The position numbers were made by a program, and so were the translations under genes. DNA of 64,000 nt from positions 180,545 through 244,544 of the forward strand of contig MU057416.1 of NCBI GenBank assembly GCA_013265495.1, written 5' to 3'. The notes under the pieces are model-generated. The model searched no databases and was not told the DNA's origin. It saw only the letters and a program-made list of their open reading frames with translations. The stretch comes from Vicugna vicugna (Eukaryota). Shown in pieces: positions 39,585 to 49,496 of this stretch (position 1 is its first letter; the number at the start of each line of letters is the position of its first letter).

Positions 39585-40561
39585 GTAGGAATTAATATTT
39601 GGATTTTACTTACTTTATTTTTTGTTGCCAATTTTATATACTTAATGTTGATAGAATTTTCCATTATCATCTAGTGAAATCGTTTTTAAGGACAAGCTTT
39701 ATAATCATGAATGGTCCTTGACCTTCTCTTGATCATAATATGCCTGCTTGTAAGTTTTGGTAACTACCTGAACATATATATTATTACTTGTAAATGTATT
39801 TTGTGTATAAAGTATAGCCTTTCTTATATGGACAGCAAATCACATGGTAGATTTCCAACCTCTTTTTTAATTTTAACATTGTAAATAAATTTATTTATTT
39901 TAGTTTGATCATAAAACTTCATAGTGAAGGAGTTATATGAGAAATTAGAGAGAATTCTAAACATAATTACATATATATAAATTCCTGCAAGAGAAAAGCT
40001 TTGACATTATTTAAGATAGTTTGTCATAATCATTTCCAAATTCTATTGTCACAACTGAATTCAGTTTTAACAAGTTGTCCTAATCCTGAGATAAATTTAA
40101 GCAATGCAGATGCTGACAATAAATTCATATATATCACTTGCAAAAGGAGAGAGAGAAATTAGATTGCATCTGGTTAAAAGTTAATTACATCGCTAAAGTG
40201 CTATTGTTATGAAATTATATTATTTGATTTCCTGATCAGTTATATCGTTGACATTATGCAATGGTAGGTAAAGCCATTAAGATAACCCGATGTAACCATT
40301 CTAAGGCAGAGTTCTCGTGAGGCACATTCACAGTGTTCTGAGAACTGGATTATTAAAGGAACTATTTCAGTAATTAAAGAAAAATTCATGCCGAACTTCA
40401 GAAACAAAGAACTGTAACAAAATGTTCCTGAATATGCGTAAGAAGCGTGCGGTCTTAATTTTAAAAGGCATAATATTGGGACTTTGTAGTTTTATAGTGC
40501 CTCAGAGTGGTTCCATCTGTACATGAAAGTCACTGCCGCTTAGCGGATTGTGATTGGTTTA

Positions 40562-40576
40562 TGCCACCTACTGGGA
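40562..40576 (-). promoter_or_regulatory. CTCF motif
   Basis: Minus strand TCCCAGTAGGTGGCA. Shares the 14-mer GCCACCTACTGGGA with the site at 35078-35091. Confidence 0.55.
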
Positions 40577-42862
40577 CGCAGCTGGGCATTCCACCTTTAC
40601 AGGAGAATAAGTTCATCTCAACCGCAGAGACCGGTTGCTTCTGCAGGTGGGGTGGGAACGGGGTGGAAAGGGGAGCGAATGTTTGAAACGATAGGTGACC
40701 CCCACCTTGCGGAGAGCTTCCATGATCTCTGCATGGACTCTGTTACCGCAAGCCTCCCGGGGATGGAGCCAGGTGAGTTAGAACCGTGATTCCCAGGTGC
40801 CAATCCAGGACGGCCCCTGCCAAACTCCGCCAGCAGGACGAAGACCAGTGGGAACCAGCACATCTGCAAAGCGTGCGCGCGGGGACTGCATGGGATTGGC
40901 AACTGGAGCGCGTTTCCTAACCCTAAATTAAACTCTTATTTATGAACCCAGGGAGTGTGCACGGAACTTTAGAATGTGTGCAAGGGTGACAGGACTTCTG
41001 GGTGGGAGGGTGGTTCTCAGAACACTGTTTCTTCACACACCAGGGACTAAATATGCTCTACACCAGAGCGCCTTAGGGGTGCGACTCTTCAGAATGGTAG
41101 AGCGCTGTCCTGTGGGGTATTTGGGGTGACTCTCCTTCTCTGTAATTCAAATCTAACAAAAGGATGGAGTGGGTGATACAGGGAGAAGGTTGCAACATTT
41201 TCCTCAAAGCAAAAGGGATCATCGGAACCCTGCCACTCCCAAGTGAGTTCAGCCTAAACACAGCGAACAAATAATGGGTTGAGTCTCTAATGATGAACGT
41301 GAATTAATGTTATTGGACAGAACTTCAAGCCCCTCCTTCCCTCTCTTCCACCTTCTCTGCCCCCATCCACCTCCCGGACATTTTTTTTAATAAATGTTTT
41401 CTTGCGATGAGAACTTTTATTTTTTTTAATTTTTAAATTTTTATTCTTTTTGGAGAGGGCAGTCATTCCCACCTTTTAGCCAACATATATCGATGAGCGA
41501 ATGAACACTCAGGTTAGATTTATGATTTTACACCAAAGACAGGAAGACATTCCTTGCCTGTTACTTAGTTGGATGTGATGGCATGTAATTAAGGGTGAAA
41601 ATGTATTAGTAAAAGTATGTATTTGTGAGTTAGGATGTGAAATTTTAGGGGTTGGACATTTTCTTTGGAAAATAACACACAGAACAACCATGCGAGCCTT
41701 TGGGGCTCTGTAATCGCAGACCGCTCTGCGGCCTTTCCTGGGCGCTGGCGCGGGGGGGTGGAGGGGGGTGGACGGGGCTCAGAGAGGGTTTATCTGCATT
41801 TAGCAAACATGGATTTCACGTCACCTGTGACATTCACGAGTGAAGCTGGGTCCTCCCTGTGTCACCTTCCTGTTCCTAGTCAGCGACCCTCCGCTCCTGT
41901 TCTCGGTTCTGTCCTGTCCTAGCACTTCTGCCCCTTTTCTAGCCTCCCCCCACTTCTCCCCCTTCCCCTATTTGTGCTGTGCTGTCTCATCCAGCCTTGT
42001 TGAGCTGAATGAACAAAACTACTAGTGGCATATAGCTCCATTTCTCACTAATTAGACGTTGAAAAACATAAAATGTGCTATTCGTAGAAGTAAATACATG
42101 TCAAACACAGAACATTAGGGAAGCACCTCTATAATCCCAATCTTCAGCGATCACAGTGCTTTTTTGCCTTTTTAAAACAACTGGCGAACTTCCCCACTCT
42201 GAGATAAAGGAGCACTGTTTCCGGGCAAGAGAGCGCGACGCAGAGGCTTCAGCACGCGGTCCCGTTGGCCCGCTCTGCTCTCAGGCCAGCTGTGCGAGCA
42301 CCACCACACCCCGCCCCCTCTCAGCTTTCTTTTTCTGAGGTGCACTGGGGCTGTGGGAGATGGTGTATCAGTATCTCAGATTGTGTTTCTTTCGATATCA
42401 TGAAGAAAAACCCAATTTTATAGACTTGGGTCATTCGTCTATTTGTTTATGAAATTTGGCTTCCAGTCTTTTACCTGGCCTTCGTTTTGTTTGAATTTGA
42501 TCAATTAAAAAAAAATCAGTGTGTGCCTTTTAGAAGTTTGGTCTTTCATTTTTTTCTCCTGGAGCCCTAGCCCTCTGCATAATCACATCCCAGTTCTATC
42601 TTTATTCGTTTCTTCATTGATACATCTTTTACAATTTTTCTTTCTTTCTTTCTTCCTTCCTTCCTTCCTTTCTTTCTTACAATTTCTTGGAATCGTCTTT
42701 ATGCCTTGGATTTTATCCTTCTGAACCCAGTTGCTTTGCACATTGAGAATCTAGCAATTAAGTGGGAAGAGGGCAGGGACTAGTTGCTTTTAGCTCCATT
42801 TCCCCATTTTCACCTTTAGCCACTGTTCTGTGGCTTTTACTATTTTTTTCATTTATTTTAGA

Positions 42863-42950
42863 CTTTTTTTTAAATAGAGGTACTGGGGCTTGAACTCAGG
42901 ACCTCATGCATGCTGAGCATGTGCTCTGCCACTGAGCTATACCCTTCCCC
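42863..42950 (-). mobile_element. Vic-1-like SINE
   Basis: GGGGCTTGAACTCAGGACCTCATGCATGCTGAGCATG…CACTGAGCTATACCCTTCCCC, flanked by TAGAC(T/A)TTTTT repeats. Confidence 0.88.
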
Positions 42951-43023
42951 TAGACATTTTTTCAAAGTATTTTTCTTCCAGTTTTTAAAAATTGAGCTAT
43001 AGCTGACATATAGTGCTATATAC

Positions 43024-43137
43024 TTTTGGGGGGTGCAGGGGAGGTAATTAAGGTGTATTTATTTATTTATCTTAATGGAGGGATGGGGGACTGAACCCGG
43101 GATCTCCTGCTTGAGAGGCACACACTCTATTGCTGAG
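43024..43137 (-). mobile_element. Vic-1-like SINE (older or diverged copy)
   Basis: GGGGAGGTAATTAAGG…ATTTATTTAT…ATGGAGG…GACTGAACCCGGGATCTC. Confidence 0.8.
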
Positions 43138-43425
43138 TTTGTTTTCGATCTAAACCTATTATATCTACACCTCTGAAGGCATCTACAGCTGTATCCATGC
43201 AGGTGCACATACGTGTGTGCACTTTCAAATGCACACGCCTATACACATATACACCATGACTCACAGCTGTGTGGTGTGTGCATGTGCACACACGTACATG
43301 TATGCACATTTAAGTACACACCATCATGGACGGGAGTCAGTAGGCTCAGATGGGCTGACGTTTCAGGATATGATTCACCTCACCTGTTGATTTTCTCCTC
43401 CCTGCATCTCTCATGACTGTGGCAG

Positions 43426-43623
43426 GACTGAACACAACAGAGGCGTCCACAAGTCTGCCTCCAAGTGACCCCTTTCCTGCTCGCACCACCGCATTCTCAC
43501 CCGCAAGCATCTCTGAACCAGGCAAGGCCGCCTCAGAGACCGTGCCTCCTCTAAACGCAGGCAGTCCCACCGCGGAAGTCTCCTGGAACCACACGGCTCA
43601 TAATGGTACTTCTGCTGTCACAG
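43426..43623 (+). CDS. PTPRC: PTPRC variable exon 4 (CD45RA), 198 nt: GLNTTEASTSLPPSDPFPARTTAFSPASISEPGKAASETVPPLNAGSPTAEVSWNHTAHNGTSAVT
   Basis: GGCAG|GA acceptor, ACAG|GTTGGC donor, 198 nt. Clear similarity to human exon A (SDPLPTHTTAFSPAS). Confidence 0.96.
43454..43513 (+). promoter_or_regulatory. ESS1/ARS exonic splicing silencer of CD45 exon 4 (hnRNP L/hnRNPLL-responsive)
   Basis: Repeated GCA-containing motifs CTCGCACCACCGCATTCTCACCCGCAAGCA, nearly identical to the human ESS1 core as recalled. Exon position 77 (43502) is C, the silencer-intact state. Confidence 0.75.
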
Positions 43624-44681
43624 GTTGGCGGACATCCTAACTCAGATGGGGTTAGGGAAACTTGGCACTCTCTCTGTTTTTTCGTTATTTCTTCTTCTTT
43701 TTTTAAATTTTAAAGACATCAGAACAGTTTTTCTTTAAGTTAAGTGTTTAGGTTCTTTGTGTGTGATCTTACAAAATGTGTAAAACGCAGAACATCCAGG
43801 TGTGAATGAAACGTTGGCTGACTGAAGTGACGCCCTGGGGCTGTCAGGGAGCAGGGGGCGAGGGAAGTCCGCCTGGGCAAAATCCGGGTTAGGGGTGTTT
43901 GCGGTGTTCCCTGATCTGTCTCTGCCAACCACATCATTCTCCTGGTCCCGCTCACCTAGGTTTCCTGTGGGCCCGACAGGTCAGAACTCCCTGCTGCGGG
44001 TCTGGGTCGGCCCCGCCCTCCCTGGCTCTTACCCCGGAGTAGAAGCTTTCTTGGTTCAGTTTCAGATTCTCAGTATCAGAAAATTATCAGAGACAGACAG
44101 TTCATTTTTTTTAACCACACTGAGGATTAATAATCCAGTTTAGTTACTTGGATTTCCTCCAGGAATAGTTGCATTATTTTTCAAAAATTAATAAATTAGG
44201 GTTGTGCATCCTAATGGTAGAATTAAAGGTACTGTGGCCAAGTTCATAGCAAAATATCAGGCTACCGTAGGAGGTGTTTCTGCCCGGCGTAGCCCCGGAT
44301 GCCCCTGGAATCTGGGGGCACCCCTGATCTGCTTGTTGGTCCTTTGTGAAGCAGACAGTTTCTAGACATGCTCTGGTCAGAGACTGAGCTCTGTGTTCAG
44401 CAAGGTCATCAGTCTTGGCTTGGAGCACAAGCGTGGGGAGCTCCGGCCCGGACTTGCGGCCCAGGGTATGTGCAGTGTTTTGAGCACCATCTTGATGGAG
44501 GTTTCTGGCTGCCCTCCCGCCAGGTGAACTGAAATACGGGCCGACTGGCCCTTGAAGAGACGGAGCCATTTCCCACGTTGGTAAACTGTAATACCAGTTT
44601 GCTGCTTGTAACCTCTCGGTATTTGAAATTTTCACCTGCGCTGGGGAGGTGGTGATGCAATGACCTCACCTTCCGGCCGTC

Positions 44682-44807
44682 GGCGGCCGTCAGCGCGGAC
44701 GCCGCACCTGTCGGCGCCCGCGGGCCCGCTGGCGCCCTCTGCCGGCCGTGGCGCCCGGTCGCCTGCCCCGCAGCGTCAGCCCCGCTCCCGGGCGGCGCCG
44801 AGTCCGG
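44682..44807 (+). pseudogene. PTPRC: Degenerate relic of PTPRC variable exon 5 (CD45RB); probable pseudo-exon
   Basis: Lies between exons A and C. Translates RPSARTPHLSAPAGPLAPSAG, aligning to human exon B [21 protein letters not shown]. No AG at the expected acceptor (…CCGTC|GG) and GC rather than GT at the expected donor (CCGG|GCTGCC). Extremely GC/CpG-rich. Boundaries approximate. Confidence 0.8.
44730..44748 (-). promoter_or_regulatory. CTCF motif inside the exon-5 relic
   Basis: Minus strand reads GGCCGGCAGAGGGCGCCA, matching the CTCF core CC(A/G)SYAGRKGGCRS. Human CD45 exon 5 is a known CTCF-bound exon. Confidence 0.6.
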
Positions 44808-47338
44808 GCTGCCGGCCCCCTAGACTCGTGCAGCTACGAAGAGCGCACGGACAACGTTTAACGACGCGGGGAGGGAATCCAAGCGCTGGTCCACGGGTCG
44901 CATTTGCTGGCTGATGAATTTGGAAATTCATCCTTTCATAGTTACCCTCCCGCCAGGAGACCGCGTAACAAAGGTCCTTGTAATGGAGATGAAATACTGA
45001 AGAATGAGAATTACGAGTGCGCTGGAAAAGCCTGTTCACGGGGTTCTTCAGGGCTTCCTCTGTTTCTGTTTGGGACAAGTGTTACTGCGCAGTGGAAACC
45101 TCCTTTCGTTAGAGATGAAGAATATGTACGCAGGTTCTTTACTTCAGGACCTCCTGCCAGTAACAGAAAGATGAAAAGCAGGCCGTGCCTCTTATCGCCG
45201 AAGCACACTGAGAAATTGTAACCACAAGTACACTGTTTATTAAAAGACTGAAAAAAAATTAGATGCTTACATTCTCCGTTCGAACACCAAGATCCTTTCA
45301 GTTAAGCACCTCTGTCTATAGAAGCTGCAGACTATCCCCTCCCTGGTCTTTCCAAAATCACTGCCTAATCAGTTCACGGTGCCCTTTTTTATCCTGAAAA
45401 ACAAGCATGTTTCTCGGGTTAAAAATGCACACAGACACGTGTAGCCATTAGTGACCTGAGGGCCTGGAAGTGACAGGTGTGACTGGGGAGCCTGCCAGCA
45501 CAGTGACTTTCCTTTCAGTATGAATCCCACGCGGAAGCAATATATATCAAGTAAAGTAATTATAATTTTGAAGCGTTAAGACGCTTCCCTTGGCCTGAAA
45601 AATCATGACAGGCAATCCACAGACTTTAAACATCTGGGAAAAGATCTGCCCTCACCTCCCTGCCTGGTTTCCTGGCTCCCACTACCGTGGGAACCGCAGT
45701 AAAAAAATGTGACACTGCTAGCAAATCCATGGATTCCCAGGGTGTGGCCGAGAAGGAGGCGTGACCTGGGGGCTGACTGTCACACAGAATTCTTCCTCTC
45801 ATAGGGGCGAATTCCACTGATTAAAAATCGATTAAGATTAATTAACCTAATTAAAGTAGTAATTACCACTCCTAAGCCATCCCCGAGATTACCTGCTCCA
45901 AGGAAGTGGTTTTCATATGAAAGGGGAGGTGGGGGATTTAGCGAGTGGGGGAGGGGCCCTCAGAACCACCTGACTACCGGGGACACCTGGGAGGGGCAGA
46001 GAGAACACGGGTTAGCGAAAAGAGGAGAAGAAAAGAGCGTGGAGGAAGGCAAGCCTGGCTGATTCCAAAATTTGCAGAGGGCCAGTTCTGTGCCTCCAAT
46101 TTTTTTAAAAGGATAAAAAAAAATGCATTTTCTACTCTTTTCCTTGCTCTGTTGGAACTTTCCTCTGAGAAGCCAGAGCTGAAAAATTGATGTTTCTGTT
46201 GTTCATACTATTCCACGATTGAGTTAAATTTGGAAAGTTTAGTGGTTTTTGAAGATTGAGCTGAGAACCCAAACTCAGAATTTTGGAAGATGCCCGTTCA
46301 AGCCTCGCAGCGTGTACATGTGTGATTGGAGGCCGCCTGTGTGCTGGCATCAGAGCACGTGTGCCCGTGCCGCTGGGCTTGAATACTGAGGATCTGACTG
46401 CAAATCCCAGACTAACCTCACACCGTTGAACCAGTGACCCCAGGGATCGTAACGGTGAAATAACCACATGAACTCAAATAGGAGCTGGCCCGAATTTCTT
46501 TTGCCTTTGTCGGGACCACTAGTGAGGTGCTGAGCAGATGGTGGGCACCCAGTGAGCGCCCATGGCCCGCCTGTGCTGGGAGGAAGGTGCGACCTGCTGT
46601 AGGTGCTCTGACCTTGATGATGGAACGTCCTGACCAGACACAGGGTGGCGTCTCGTGGGCGGCCACCCTTGATGGTCTACACTAGCTAGCACGTATGAGA
46701 TTGGAGAAGAGGGGATGTTGTCTGTGTAACGTGGAGGCTCTTGGGCTCCAATCCCGTCTTAGTTTTCCTGGTCTCCGTAGAGAAAGTAGAATTAGGACCT
46801 TCAGCTGGAAGGAAAAAACCCGAGCTCAGCAGCTGCACGGGCAGCGTCCCCTTCAGCTCTGCTCTAGGAAAATTAGGTGAAGCGCCTGCACCCAGGGGTC
46901 CCTCCCCAGAGAGGTGCGTCCCACCCGAGGCGCTGGGCAGGGCGGGCTGCAGGCCCCCGTGCAGACCTGGCGGCAGCCTCTGGCCCTCCGAGCTCACTTG
47001 CAGCCCTGCGGTCTCTGCACCAGCCAGCGGCACCCACTCTGTGCGTTTTCAGGGTTCTCTAAAGCAGCCCTCCCCGGGGCAGTCCTCCAGGCGGACATCC
47101 CAGACCATTTCCAAATGTGTGCCGTGTTTGGAAAACTGCCCGGGATCTGAGCTGTCTGTCCGTGAACTCGTCTCTCCCACAAGCTGTGCTGCTCTGCACC
47201 CCGTTTTGCAGGCACATACGTTGTGGCATAGCACGAGGGCTGCAGCAGCAGTGGGCATGCGGACGTTGGCTGCGTGGCCCCTGCCCTGGCGCGGGCGGCA
47301 GGGGTGCGTGGCGCTGCTGACGACCTGTCTGATTGCAG

Positions 47339-47482
47339 GTGCTCCCGGAGAGAGGATGACAGCCCGCACCTTGCCCGCAGACACTGCTCCCTCACCAGCA
47401 ACCACCCTCAGCCCCGCACACAGCAGCCTCGCTGCCTTGCCTCCACGCATCTCCAACTCGACCACCAAAAATACCACCTCAG
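47339..47482 (+). CDS. PTPRC: PTPRC variable exon 6 (CD45RC), 144 nt: GAPGERMTARTLPADTAPSPATTLSPAHSSLAALPPRISNSTTKNTTS
   Basis: CTGATTGCAG|GT acceptor, TCAG|GTTTGA donor, 144 nt. Similar to human exon C ([42 protein letters not shown]). Confidence 0.96.
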
Positions 47483-48258
47483 GTTTGACCGTGATGCTCT
47501 AGGTGTTTTAGGTGCTGGATGATGAGATAAAAACTTGAAACTTTCATGCAGCTCTTTTATTTCACACCAAATATTACTTGCAGCTTTCCCATTTTACCAA
47601 TTTTCACATATTGATACTAAATTAGGCGAAACACTCCTCAATTTACCAGGAAGCTTTTTCTGGGCATATTTTATTTTATTATTTATGTTATAAAAGTTTA
47701 TGGCAAAGAAGAAAGACAACAGATTTTAGTGTCATCTAGCTGAGAGCAAATCCAGCCTCTTTTAATTTCCTAGCTGACTTTGGGACAAGTGACTCTTAGC
47801 TTTCTTTGTGTCGGTTTTCCCTTCTGGAGAAATGGATATAATGATACTCATTTCACACAATGGATGTGAGCACTGAATCTGTAAAAAGCCTGGTATGAAA
47901 TGAATAGAACAAAAGTGTAACCGGTGTCCTTGTTAGTAATTAAAATAAGGAGAGTGGTAACTGATCGGGTAAGGACTAGCCTGGGCAGGACTGCACATCA
48001 AGGCAGAATTGTACCAAGGAACGAACGGCTTCCTCTCAACTTACCTGAAGCTTAGTTCCAATCCTTTGAACTGTTGGTGATCTTAAAGAGCCTTGTGTAG
48101 ATTAACCTTTGACTCACTTTCTTATTTTAAAAAACAAGTGAGTGTCAACTCAAACTAGGAAGAGATTCGGTTAAGTTGGTCTTTGCTGAAGCGTTTCCGC
48201 CTCGCCCTGCAACGTGACAGACGCATTAACCGGTGTTCCTCTGTTCATTTCCTTGCAG

Positions 48259-48339
48259 ATTCGCTCTCCACATCCCCTGCACCATCCTCTCTGACCACTG
48301 CAGCAAGCACTTACTCTGCAACAGCTCCCACAACCATAG
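48259..48339 (+). CDS. PTPRC: PTPRC exon 7, 81 nt: DSLSTSPAPSSLTTAASTYSATAPTTI
   Basis: TTCCTTGCAG|AT acceptor, ATAG|GTGACA donor. S/T-rich, ends TTI as in human exon 7, phase 1-1. Confidence 0.9.
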
Positions 48340-49469
48340 GTGACAACCTGACCCCCAGTCATGCAGTCACACCACCGCCACGCGCTTGGGACACGCTCAC
48401 AGAAGGGTCTTCCGTTTGCTCCCCCCTGGGCTCTTCCCCGGAGAAGTTCGCTTGAGGGTTCTAATCCCGAGGACTAGTCAGAACCACTGCTCTGTGTCGG
48501 CAGTGCGGCAGCTAAGGAGCTCAGGGCGTGGCGTTGTGGTGACAACCTACAGCGTCACGGTCGCAGCATCCCTCAAGAGTTGTGTGCTTCATGAGACGCA
48601 CGGAGAAATGACCAGCTAGGCTAGGACTTCTAAGAGCGGGTTTTGGTATTAGGATGGAAAAGGACAGTTCTGTCAGTGGGGATCTCTGTTTCACGAGGTC
48701 AGTAGCAGGGGAGTGATCACAGGGCCCCAGCCGTGCGCGCGGGGCGTGGAGACAAAGGCAGGGCGTGAACGGCCATCACTTGGTGGGTGTCCATCAGAGG
48801 TCAGCCACGCGGAGCCTGCAAGCGTACCATTCTCCCCCCAGTTTCTCCAACTCAACAATCAGATTAGCGGAGAGCTTTCAGCCTCCACAAAGCACATTTC
48901 CACTCAGTTCTTCAGTCAAAGACACGCACTCACACAAGATATGTCTCAGGGGCTGGAGAGCACAGTTTGGTGCCCTGGACCCAGTATCTGTGTGAAGCTT
49001 ACAGAGGTTAAACCAGGGAGTGAAGCAGCCCTTGCTTACTCTCTGATTTTTTTTTAAACAAAGGTGTGAACTGAACTCTCCAGGGGTAGTGATTCTATAA
49101 ATGTATTTGAGATTCATTAAGGGGATGAAGACTTTTTAAACGAACAGTCAGCCACGTTATTGCCATTCTGTGATCAATGTGTGTCCACCAGGTCTTAATG
49201 CGACATAGTCACAGTTGTGTTCATTGGGTCAATTCATGAAAATGTCTTATAGAACTAGCTCCTTGGTTTACAACCTTTGAAGTTTTGAGATCAAGACGTG
49301 GGACCAGGCACCGCCACCTCTGCGTTAATCTGCTCAGCCTAGCTCAGTCGCCTCTCCAGTTTATGGAGATGAACCTTTGTAAAGCGCCCTTCCCCAAAAT
49401 GACCAGAGCGGAGATATTCTAAAATGCAGCTTTCATAATTTGAATTCTTTTTTTTTTTGTCTATTACAG

Positions 49470-49496
49470 CTACTACTACTCGTAAGCCAGCATGTG
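49470..49496 (+). CDS. PTPRC: PTPRC exon 8, 27 nt: ATTTRKPAC
   Basis: Poly-T + TACAG|CT acceptor, GTG|GTAAGT donor. Matches human ATTPSKPTC. Confidence 0.93.

Noticed and set aside
46741..47502. Longest ORF in the track (253 aa)
   Set aside because: Only its last about 50 codons are real (exon 6). The rest is GC-rich intron read-through starting at a non-ATG codon.
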